Below are positions 1-6,419 of a DNA stretch of 19,115 nucleotides, one piece after another. The number at the start of each line of letters is the position of its first letter. The stretch's first letter is position 1. Source of the stretch: Minisyncoccota bacterium. GTDB lineage: Bacteria > Patescibacteriota > Minisyncoccia > Phycocordibacterales > UBA12079. The notes beneath the pieces were generated by a model that searched no databases, had not been told where the DNA came from, and saw only the letters and a list, made by a program, of their open reading frames with translations. A program made the translations under genes and the position numbers. The stretch covers positions 1-19,115 of the forward strand of contig JAGLLX010000014.1 in assembly GCA_023140255.1 (NCBI GenBank), written 5' to 3'.

Positions 1-697
1 TTCCGTCGTTTTCGTTTCCTGTTTTGTCAGTTGTTTTTGTTTCTTTAAGTGAAACATTGTCAATATAAACATTACCTGTACCAATGCTACCTAAATAAAA
101 AATTATTCGGGTATCCCCTGAAAATCCATTAGTTGCTACAAAAGTATAGTCAAAAGTTTGCCATTCAGAAGTAAGTGTAATAGTTTCTTCCAAACCACAA
201 TTCGTATATGGAGTAGAATCTTTTATTACCCGTACTGATACAGAAGAAGAGGGAGTAAAATCTGCTTTAATTGCAAAAGATAAACGGTAAGCCTTTCCTG
301 TAGCAATGGACATATATCTATTAGAAAAATTAATATCACCGTTAACAGAACCTCCTGCAGTAATGGTAATTTTGGCACCATAAGAACCAGAAAATTGTGT
401 ACTACTATCAATAACCTTACTACCGCTTGCTCCGTTACCCGAGTTAAAATAAGAAGACCAGTCAGTGAAATCACCTGTCTCAAAATCACCATTTGTGTTT
501 ATATTATCTCCAACTTTCTCACTCTCTTCATCCAACGGCCAATAACCAACCAGTGATGCTTTTGAATCAGAAACTATTCCATATATTAGAGCAGCTGATG
601 TTATACCAGAGAATATTAATATACCTGTTACTAACACTAGTATAGATGTGTTAATTTCTAATATTTTTTTAATTTTGTTTTTTATCTTTTTTCTCAT
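1..697 (-). CDS. Partial CDS (N-terminal part; C-terminus lies beyond window start): signal-anchored surface/secreted protein with CBM4_9/LamG-like jelly-roll domain
   Basis: Reverse complement of 2..697 is an uninterrupted ORF (checked codon by codon). It starts at an ATG that reads CAT at 695-697 on the + strand. It reads MRKKIKNKIKKILEINTSILVLVTGILIFSGITSAALIYGIVSDSKASLVGYWPLDEESEKVGDNINTNGDFETGDFTDWSSYFNSGNGASGSKVIDSSTQFSGSYGAKITITAGGSVNGDINFSNRYMSIATGKAYRLSFAIKADF...NVYIDNVSLKETKTTDKTGNENDG. The N-terminus is basic and followed by a hydrophobic helix. The GYWPLDE and NGDFE..W..S motifs are typical of LamG/CBM-like domains. It is missing from the supplied ORF track, presumably because it runs off the window edge. 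Confidence 0.6.
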   Translation of the reverse strand, partial: MRKKIKNKIKKILEINTSILVLVTGILIFSGITSAALIYGIVSDSKASLVGYWPLDEESEKVGDNINTNGDFETGDFTDWSSYFNSGNGASGSKVIDSSTQFSGSYGAKITITAGGSVNGDINFSNRYMSIATGKAYRLSFAIKADFTPSSSVSVRVIKDSTPYTNCGLEETITLTSEWQTFDYTFVATNGFSGDTRIIFYLGSIGTGNVYIDNVSLKETKTTDKTGNENDG

Positions 698-723
698 TTT
701 TAGATATATAAACAGGCTACTTC

Positions 724-751
724 AAACAAACAGGTCTTTACCTGTTTGTTT
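724..751. promoter_or_regulatory. Hairpin: 11-bp stem AAACAAACAGG/CCTGTTTGTTT with 6-nt loop, about 25 nt upstream of the minus-strand surface-protein start; function unknown
   Basis: Perfect inverted repeat 724-734 / 741-751 read directly. No flanking T-run on either strand, so it is not an obvious intrinsic terminator. Confidence 0.4.
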
Positions 752-826
752 AATAAATATATGTGTGTACTTCATATTATACCTTGTTTGGTTTTTGCTT
801 TTGTTTTTTGTTTTGGGGATAACTTA

Positions 827-852
827 CGAATGTTTTTTATAAAAAACATTCG
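827..852. promoter_or_regulatory. Perfect 26-bp palindrome CGAATGTTTTTTATAAAAAACATTCG (GAATGTT...AACATTC in everted orientation relative to the ArsR-type boxes); candidate protein-binding site or bidirectional hairpin
   Basis: Every base 827..852 pairs with its mirror partner (827-852, 828-851 ... 839-840). It shares the GAATG/CATTC core with the palindromes at 924-949 and 18768-18793. Confidence 0.45.
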
Positions 853-887
853 GTATTATGTATTAAGTAGTTTTAATAATAAATAGA

Positions 888-919
888 GAGTATTAGTGCA
901 ATCGATTGAACTAATACTC
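888..919. promoter_or_regulatory. Hairpin, 9-bp stem GAGTATTAG/CTAATACTC with 14-nt loop containing an ATCGAT palindrome
   Basis: Inverted repeat 888-896 / 911-919 read directly. Confidence 0.35.
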
Positions 920-920
920 C

Positions 921-950
921 TTGTTCTAACATTCTGCAGAATGTTAGAAT
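921..950 (+). promoter_or_regulatory. Candidate sigma70-type promoter TTGTTC(921-926)-18 nt-TAGAAT(945-950) with an embedded perfect 26-bp palindrome TTCTAACATTCTGCAGAATGTTAGAA (924-949) resembling the palindromes that flank the ArsR gene
   Basis: The -35 and -10 hexamers and the spacer were read directly. The palindrome 924-936 / 937-949 is perfect. Its half-site TTCTAACATTCTG matches TTCTATCATTCTA (18768-18780, 19102-19114) at 11 of 13 positions. Confidence 0.35.
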
Positions 951-961
951 AGTTATGTTTT

Positions 962-1007
962 AAGCCATGCTAAATGGCTCATTAAAATGAGCCGTTTAGC
1001 ATGGCTT
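962..1007 (+). repeat. 46-nt palindromic hairpin element (21-bp stem, loop TAAA, one T:G position that is a G-U wobble only in + strand RNA); REP-like repeat with a second related copy at 11722-11768
   Basis: AAGCCATGCTAAATGGCTCAT-TAAA-ATGAGCCGTTTAGCATGGCTT. Only 975/994 is a non-Watson-Crick pair. The 20-mer AAGCCATGCTAAATGGCTCA recurs at 11722-11741 with one mismatch. Confidence 0.5.
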
Positions 1008-1026
1008 TAGATATGGCTCAAATGAT

Positions 1027-1059
1027 TAAACGGCTACGTTCGTAGCCGTTTAGTTTTTT
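1027..1059 (+). terminator. Rho-independent terminator-like hairpin (12-bp stem AAACGGCTACG..CGTAGCCGTTT) followed by TTTTTT; shares the 10-mer AGCCGTTTAG with the preceding hairpin
   Basis: Stem 1027-1038 / 1041-1052 and T-run 1054-1059 read directly. On the minus strand the hairpin lacks a clean U-run. Confidence 0.5.
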
Positions 1060-1160
1060 AAATTTAAGTTCCACTATTCTTTAATACTTGATACTAAAAA
1101 TCAAAATAATCTAAATTTTTCAAAAAGAGGTCGAAAAATTTGATTATTTTTATTTTTTAG

Positions 1161-3464
1161 TTATTTAGCAACTTTAACCGCTTCAGCAAATTGTACTGAT
1201 AATAATTTAGAAATTCCATCTGATCCCATAGTAACTCCATAAAGAATATTAGCTCGAGACATTGTCTCTCTATTATGAGTAATTAAAATCAACTGAGAAT
1301 GAGAAGATAATTTTTCTATCATATCTCCATATTTTTTAGAATTAGCTTCATCAAGAGCTGCATCTGTTTCATCTAAAATAATGAAAGGTGGAGGTGACAC
1401 TTGTGACATAGCAAATAACAACGCAATTGAAGTTAGAGACCTTTCCCCTCCGGATAACATCTGTAAACCTTTTGTTTTTTTATTAGGCAAAATTACATCA
1501 ACCTCAACCCCTAATTCATCACTTTTAGATTCTTCATTTTCAACTTCATTTACTAATTCTTCATCGCTCACATTAAAATCATCTTTTTTTATTTTAAAAA
1601 TTTTTTCCCTTACTAAACTTAAGTTAGCCTTTCCACCCCCAAACATTAAAATAAAGAATTCTTTAAATTGAGAATTTATTTTTTCTAAACCATTCCGAAA
1701 TTCAATCTCTAATTTTTCTTTCAATTCATTAATTAATTTCAACAAAGACTGAGCAGTCTTTTCTAAATCTTCAATTTCTTTGTTCAAAAATTCATCTCTT
1801 TTTGAAGCTTCTTCATATTCTTTAACCACGTCCTCGCCTGAAAGTCCTCCACTATCCTCAATTAAAACCTTTATCCTTTCTATTTTCTTTAATCTATCAA
1901 CCTGATTTTGTCTATCTTCATTTATAATTTTTTCTTCTTCCAGTTCTAAATCTTTAAACTGAACAGCATCTCGCCCAGCTATAATATAAGATTCATTTAA
2001 TTCCTTCTTATAATTTTCATCAGCGAAGGAGGCTCTTTCTTCTATATTTCGTAAAGAGTTTAACATAGCGTTATGTTCTGTTTGCTGAGCCACAATTTCC
2101 AAAACAGCCAATTCTGCATCTTTATTTAAATCTTTATCTTTTTCTATCACTGTTTTTAAAGAATTATATTTTTCTAAAATAATATTTTCCTTTTCTGCTA
2201 ATTCTTTGATTTGTTTTTCTATTTCTTTTTTTTCTATTTTCTGTTCTTCAATTTTTTTAGTTGATTCATCTTCTACCTTTTTTAATAATTCAACAGGCTT
2301 ATCCTCTAATGAAGAAGATCGAGCTATTAAGTATCTTGATATAAATTGAGAAAAAGAATCTTTTATTTTAGCTAAGGCTTCCCTAATTTGACTAATATCT
2401 TCTAAATTATGAATTAATTTAATCTGTGAACTTATATCTAATTCTAATTCCTTTATTTCCTCTAAATCAACTTCTATTACCTCATTAGAGTTATCCCTCT
2501 TAATTTCTTCAACAAAGGTATTTTCTAAAGCAGAAATTATCCCTTCTACTCTCCCTAGTTTAAAAGTAGTCTGATCTTTTTCTTTTCTCAATTCATTTAA
2601 TTGAAATTTTAAATCGTTTAATTCAGTAGGCCTGTTATCTTCTTTTTGGGCATTTTCTAAAACATTTTTTGCTTCCTGAGCTTTAAGTTCTAATTCAGCT
2701 AATTTTTCTATTAATGGTTTTTTCTCTTTAATATTTTTTTCCTGCCAATAATCTATATAGGTTTTTTCTCTTTTAAAATATTCTCTATATAAAACACCTA
2801 AATCCTTTCTCATTTCTAAAGTCTTTTCAATTTTATTAATCTGCCTTTTTAAAAATTTTAAATGAGGAGCATTTTCTTTTCTTAAAGACTGAACTTCTTC
2901 TATATTTTTTTGAACTTTTTCAAGTTTTTTTTCACTAACAATTCTCTTATATTGATAAATCTTTAATCCCAGAGCCTCTTCTACCATAACTCTCCTTTCT
3001 TTTGAATTAACATTTAAAATCTTATCAGCCTCTCCTTGAGAAATCATATGATGTCCCGAAGACCCAATATTTGCTTTTGCTAATAATTCTGAAATATCTT
3101 TTAAGCGTACAACAGATTTATTTAAAAAATACTGATTCGTTCCATCTCTGTGGACATGTCTTTCTACAATTACTTCATCAAAATCAATATCTAAAAATCG
3201 CTTTGTATTATCAAAAACTATTTTTACGCTAGATCTATTCCCTCTAGGAACTGTTTGAGAACCATTAAAAATTAAGTCTTCCCCTCTTTTCCCTCTCATT
3301 GATTTAATTGACTGTTCTCCCAAAACAAAACGAAAAGCTTCTGCCACATTTGATTTTCCTGAACCATTTGGACCAACAATAGCAGACACACTAGAGTTAA
3401 ATTCTAAATTAGCTTTTTTACCAAAAGACTTAAAGCCACTTATTTCTAACGATTTTAAATACAT
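1161..3464 (-). CDS. smc: SMC-family chromosome-condensation ATPase, compact form (767 aa) with no recognisable hinge domain
   Basis: N-terminus MYLKSLEISGFKSFGKKANLEFNSSVSAIVGPNGSGKSNVAEAFRFVLGEQS carries the Walker A motif. The SMC-specific motif ISQGEADKILNVNSKERRVMVEEALG is present. A long charged coiled-coil middle follows. The C-terminal head has LSGGERSLTSIALLFA (ABC signature) and FIILDETDAALD (Walker B). No glycine-rich hinge segment was seen in the middle. Confidence 0.8.
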   Translation of the reverse strand: MYLKSLEISGFKSFGKKANLEFNSSVSAIVGPNGSGKSNVAEAFRFVLGEQSIKSMRGKRGEDLIFNGSQTVPRGNRSSVKIVFDNTKRFLDIDFDEVIVERHVHRDGTNQYFLNKSVVRLKDISELLAKANIGSSGHHMISQGEADKILNVNSKERRVMVEEALGLKIYQYKRIVSEKKLEKVQKNIEEVQSLRKENAPHLKFLKRQINKIEKTLEMRKDLGVLYREYFKREKTYIDYWQEKNIKEKKPLIEKLAELELKAQEAKNVLENAQKEDNRPTELNDLKFQLNELRKEKDQTTFKLGRVEGIISALENTFVEEIKRDNSNEVIEVDLEEIKELELDISSQIKLIHNLEDISQIREALAKIKDSFSQFISRYLIARSSSLEDKPVELLKKVEDESTKKIEEQKIEKKEIEKQIKELAEKENIILEKYNSLKTVIEKDKDLNKDAELAVLEIVAQQTEHNAMLNSLRNIEERASFADENYKKELNESYIIAGRDAVQFKDLELEEEKIINEDRQNQVDRLKKIERIKVLIEDSGGLSGEDVVKEYEEASKRDEFLNKEIEDLEKTAQSLLKLINELKEKLEIEFRNGLEKINSQFKEFFILMFGGGKANLSLVREKIFKIKKDDFNVSDEELVNEVENEESKSDELGVEVDVILPNKKTKGLQMLSGGERSLTSIALLFAMSQVSPPPFIILDETDAALDEANSKKYGDMIEKLSSHSQLILITHNRETMSRANILYGVTMGSDGISKLLSVQFAEAVKVAK

Positions 3465-3472
3465 TGAGTATT

Positions 3473-3481
3473 ATTATATCA
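3473..3481 (-). promoter_or_regulatory. Extended -10 element TGATATAAT (minus strand) ending 8 nt upstream of the smc ATG; implies a leaderless or near-leaderless smc mRNA
   Basis: + strand ATTATATCA at 3473-3481 is the reverse complement of TGATATAAT. No Shine-Dalgarno sequence lies between it and the ATG at 3464. No good -35 was found. Confidence 0.3.
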
Positions 3482-3535
3482 CTTTAATAACTTTATAGTA
3501 CAAGTCTAAATGTGGAATACTTAATTTTCAATCTA

Positions 3536-3565
3536 TTGACTAATACAATTAAACTATTGTATAAT
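3536..3565 (+). promoter_or_regulatory. Strong sigma70-type promoter TTGACT(3536-3541)-18 nt-TATAAT(3560-3565), with TG immediately upstream of the -10
   Basis: Read directly. It is divergent from smc and drives the micro-ORF at 3689. Confidence 0.55.
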
Positions 3566-3688
3566 AGCAACAAGAGTTCTTTAAATAAATAAGACATTTT
3601 TATCCACAACCCTTGCTGGTTTTATCATATCATTGTCCTATAATTATAGTGGCTGTATCAAAACCTGTAAATTTAAAAGGAGGGTAAA

Positions 3689-3829
3689 ATGAAAAAGTAT
3701 CTACAACATCATTTAAATGCTTTGAACTTTTACGCCTTCTTAAGAAAGTGTAAAGTTCGCAAAGTAGCAGCAAGGAAACTTGTTGCTTGGTGGGGAGACA
3801 GCTCATTTTACAAAACCTTTCTATACTAG
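3689..3829 (+). CDS. Small ORF, 46 aa (MKKYLQHHLNALNFYAFLRKCKVRKVAARKLVAWWGDSSFYKTFLY), basic hypothetical protein; bracketed by its own promoter, a perfect Shine-Dalgarno sequence and a terminator
   Basis: AAGGAGG at 3677-3683, 5 nt before the ATG at 3689. Codons were read through to TAG at 3827-3829. A terminator at 3847-3880 lies 18 nt downstream. The ORF is below the length cutoff of the supplied track. Confidence 0.4.
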   Translation: MKKYLQHHLNALNFYAFLRKCKVRKVAARKLVAWWGDSSFYKTFLY

Positions 3830-3846
3830 GTAAATTAAGTTTACAT

Positions 3847-3880
3847 CGCCCAGAAAACCGTCTCTGTCTGGGCGGTTTTT
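3847..3880 (+). terminator. Rho-independent terminator: GC-rich 8-bp stem CGCCCAGA/TCTGGGCG followed by GTTTTT
   Basis: Stem 3847-3854 / 3867-3874 and T-run 3875-3880 read directly. Confidence 0.6.
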
Positions 3881-3942
3881 ATCTTATTAACATCTAAAAA
3901 CTTGCATATATTTTATTTATATTGTATTACTGTTCCAATGCT

Positions 3943-4092
3943 TCCTGTTAGAAATTTGGAGAAAATAAATTATTTTTTCAAAAATACTAAATACGGGAAC
4001 AAAAAATTATCAGTTTAATTTAAAGATGTTTATTAAAAGTAATATGGGACTTGTCCCGTTAGAGATACTTTTAATACAGTGTCTCTAACAGA
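3943..4092 (+). promoter_or_regulatory. Upstream module of topA, homologous to the tyrS upstream module (16635-16748). Distal motif TCCTGTTAGAAATTTGG (3943-3959), an AT-rich conserved block CAGTTTAATTTAAAGAT..TTATTAAAAGTAA, then GGGACTTGTCCCGTTAGAGATAC and an imperfect inverted repeat whose 3' arm (4079-4092) ends at the topA ATG
   Basis: 4046-4078 (GGGACTTGTCCCGTTAGAGATACTTTTAATA) is identical to the minus-strand sequence upstream of tyrS. Arm CCCGTTAGAGATAC (4055-4068) pairs with GTGTCTCTAACAGA (4079-4092) over 11-12 positions, including one G-U wobble. Confidence 0.5.
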
Positions 4093-6321
4093 ATGAAAAA
4101 ATTATTAATTGTTGAGTCACCAGCAAAATCAAAAACTATATCAAAATATTTAGGAAGCGACTATGTCGTGGAATCTTCTGTTGGACATATTAGAGATATT
4201 CCTAAATCAAACTCTAAAAAAGCAAACGCTGTTGATATTGAAAATAATTTTAAGCCTAATTACGAAGTAATTAAAGGTAAGGAAAAAATAATAACAACTC
4301 TAAAAAGAGAAGCTAAGAAAGCTGACGAAGTTTTGCTCGCAATGGACCCAGACCGTGAAGGAGAAGCTATCGCTTGGCATATTGCTGAAGTTTTGAAATT
4401 ACCTAATGCACAAAGAGTAGTCTTTAATGAAATTACAGAAGAAGCTGTTCAAAAGGCTATTTTACACCCACGAGATATTGACCAAGATTTAAGAAAAGCA
4501 CAAGAAGCTCGTCGTGTTTTAGACAGACTTTTTGGTTATGGATTAAGTGGATTAATTTGGAAAAAATTACGTTACGGTTTATCAGCTGGAAGAGTTCAGT
4601 CCCCTGCTTTACGAATCTTAATGGAACGAGAAAGATTAATTAGAGCTTTTGAACCTGAAGACTACTGGACAATTACAGCCGAAGTTAAAGATCAAACAGG
4701 AAATATGTTTTCTTTAATTTGTTCTGAAGAACCTAGAGATGAAAAGAAAGTAGCTAAAATCACAAAAATTGCTGAGCAAGAAACTTGGAAAATTTTAGAA
4801 ATCAAAGAAACTAACACAAAGAGATCTCCTCGAGCTCCTTTTATAACATCAACATTACAACAAACAGCTAGCTCTAGATTAGGATACTCCCCTAGCCAAA
4901 CAATGATGCATGCACAAAGGCTTTATGAAGCTGGTTATATTACTTATATGAGAACTGATAGTATTACTTTAAGTGCTAATGCTCAAAAGCAAGCTCAAGA
5001 ACTAATTACAAAAGATTACGGAAAAAAATATTTAGAACCAAGAGTGTTTAAATCAAAATCAAAAAATGCTCAAGAAGCCCATGAAGCAATTCGTCCTTCT
5101 AATTTATCTACAGCTAATGCAGGAAAAACAGAAGAACAACAAAAACTATACTCTTTAATTAGAAATAGAACTTTAGCTTCTCAAATGAGTGATGCTAAAT
5201 TATTAAAAACTAAAATAATTGCGTCTGTTGGGAAAAGAGGAAAAGAAGACATAGATTTTCCTTATTTTGAAATTAATGGATCAAGATTATTATTTGATGG
5301 TTGGTTAAAAATTGACCCTGCTGCACGAGGAGAAGATGTTGAATTACCAGAACTTCAAACTGAAGATATCTTGAGTTTACTTAAAATATCAACTGAGGCT
5401 AAACAAACAACTCCTCCAAATAGATATTCTGAAGCTTCTTTAATTAAAGAGTTAGAAAAAAGAGGTTTAGGTCGTCCAAGCACCTATGCTACAATTACCC
5501 GTACTCTTTATGACAGAGGTTATGTAGAAAAAATAAATAAAGCCTTACATCCAACAGACACAGGTGATGCTGTAAGCTCATTTCTAGAAAATCACTTTGA
5601 AAATTATATTAGTGATGATTTTACTGCCGAAATGGAAAATGAATTAGATGAAGTAGCAGAGGGAAAAGGAACTTATGAAAAAGTTTTAACTGATTTTTAC
5701 ACACCTTTTGTTAAAGAAATTAAAAACAAAGAAGGAATTGAAAAAATATCTAATCTGGGTCCTGCTGAAGATAAATACAAATGTCCAAAATGTGGAGCAG
5801 GAATGGTTTATAAACTAGGAAAATCTGGTAAATTTATTTCTTGTGAAAAATTCCCTGACTGTGAAGGTGCATTAACTCTTGAAGGTAAAGAAATTGAAGG
5901 TCCAAAAGAAACTGGGGAAAAATGTCCTGATTGTAAAGACGGTAAATTAGTAATTCGTGAAGGGAAATTTGGAAAATTTGTTTCTTGTTCTAATTATCCT
6001 AAATGCAAATTTATTAAAGAAGATGAGGGAGAGAAAAAAAAGAAAATGACAGGAGTAAAATGTCCTGATTGTGAAGATGGAGAAATGATGGAAAGACGAG
6101 GTCGTTTTGGAATTTTTTATTCTTGTTCAAATTATCCAAAATGTAAAAATGCAATTAAAGCAAAACCCACTGGTAAAATTTGTGATTACCCGAGTGATGC
6201 AAAAGCAGGACAACCTTGTGGAGCTTTAATGATGGAAGGAACTAAGACTATTCCAGAAAGATGCTCTAATAAATCTTGTCCTAACCATAACCCACATAAA
6301 TTAAATAAATTAAAGGAATAA
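4093..6321 (+). CDS. topA: DNA topoisomerase I (type IA) with four C-terminal C4 zinc-ribbon motifs
   Basis: The N-terminus MKKLLIVESPAKSKTISKYLG matches the E. coli TopA N-terminus and the Toprim DPDREGEAIAWH motif is present. The C-terminus has repeated CPxCx..C..C ribbons: CPKCG..SCEKFPDC, CPDCKDG..SCSNYPKC, CPDCEDG..SCSNYPKC and a fourth C4 cluster. Confidence 0.95.
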   Translation: MKKLLIVESPAKSKTISKYLGSDYVVESSVGHIRDIPKSNSKKANAVDIENNFKPNYEVIKGKEKIITTLKREAKKADEVLLAMDPDREGEAIAWHIAEVLKLPNAQRVVFNEITEEAVQKAILHPRDIDQDLRKAQEARRVLDRLFGYGLSGLIWKKLRYGLSAGRVQSPALRILMERERLIRAFEPEDYWTITAEVKDQTGNMFSLICSEEPRDEKKVAKITKIAEQETWKILEIKETNTKRSPRAPFITSTLQQTASSRLGYSPSQTMMHAQRLYEAGYITYMRTDSITLSANAQKQAQELITKDYGKKYLEPRVFKSKSKNAQEAHEAIRPSNLSTANAGKTEEQQKLYSLIRNRTLASQMSDAKLLKTKIIASVGKRGKEDIDFPYFEINGSRLLFDGWLKIDPAARGEDVELPELQTEDILSLLKISTEAKQTTPPNRYSEASLIKELEKRGLGRPSTYATITRTLYDRGYVEKINKALHPTDTGDAVSSFLENHFENYISDDFTAEMENELDEVAEGKGTYEKVLTDFYTPFVKEIKNKEGIEKISNLGPAEDKYKCPKCGAGMVYKLGKSGKFISCEKFPDCEGALTLEGKEIEGPKETGEKCPDCKDGKLVIREGKFGKFVSCSNYPKCKFIKEDEGEKKKKMTGVKCPDCEDGEMMERRGRFGIFYSCSNYPKCKNAIKAKPTGKICDYPSDAKAGQPCGALMMEGTKTIPERCSNKSCPNHNPHKLNKLKE

Positions 6322-6343
6322 AGCACTTATTTAGATTTTTAAC

Positions 6344-6371
6344 TTGCTTAATCTTTAAAATTTGCTATTAT
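6344..6371 (+). promoter_or_regulatory. Candidate promoter TTGCTT-16 nt-TATTAT upstream of secG
   Basis: Hexamers at 6344-6349 and 6366-6371 read directly. Confidence 0.35.
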
Positions 6372-6419
6372 TACAACAACTAAAAAGCCTCCTTATCGGC
6401 AGGAATATATACGAAAGAA

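Noticed and set aside
226-492. 88-aa minus-strand ORF from the track
   Set aside because: Wrong frame. It lies inside the uninterrupted CBM/LamG-like surface-protein frame (2..697, minus), has a low-complexity L/V-rich translation and no start context.
648-842. 64-aa + ORF
   Set aside because: It spans the surface-protein gene start and the AT-rich intergenic region. Its L/F-rich translation is typical of AT-rich noise, and it has no Shine-Dalgarno sequence or promoter.
1381-1671. 96-aa + ORF inside smc
   Set aside because: Antisense to a well-supported SMC coding region, with an S/T-rich low-complexity translation.
3566-3688. Roughly 120-nt leader of the micro-ORF as a riboswitch
   Set aside because: I could not match it to any riboswitch consensus known to me (fluoride, preQ1, SAM, TPP, c-di-GMP, ZTP). 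Only weak AT-rich pairings are present.
3689-3880. Micro-ORF as a Trp-attenuation leader peptide (tandem TGG TGG about 55 nt before a terminator, plus tandem CAT CAT)
   Set aside because: The geometry is superficially trpL-like. However, 46 codons is long for a leader peptide. The downstream gene is topA, not an amino-acid biosynthesis or aaRS gene. The only alternative pairing I can find (AGACAG/CTGTCT) is 6 bp. I kept it only as a remark in the micro-gene finding.
6042-6049. A8 homopolymer tracts inside coding regions (topA 6042-6049; also about 17073-17080 in the SPFH gene and about 10211-10218 in rnj) as slippage or phase-variation sites
   Set aside because: Such tracts are expected at this frequency in lysine-rich genes of an AT-rich genome. 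The frames are intact and no alternative-frame continuation is meaningful.
1161-6321. SMC-like ATPase next to a Toprim-domain protein as a Wadjet (JetC/JetD) or Gabija-like defence module
   Set aside because: The Toprim protein is a complete type IA topoisomerase I with catalytic and zinc-ribbon domains and a housekeeping N-terminus. The SMC has canonical SMC motifs. The genes are divergent and separated by an independent micro-gene. No JetA/JetB-like genes are present.
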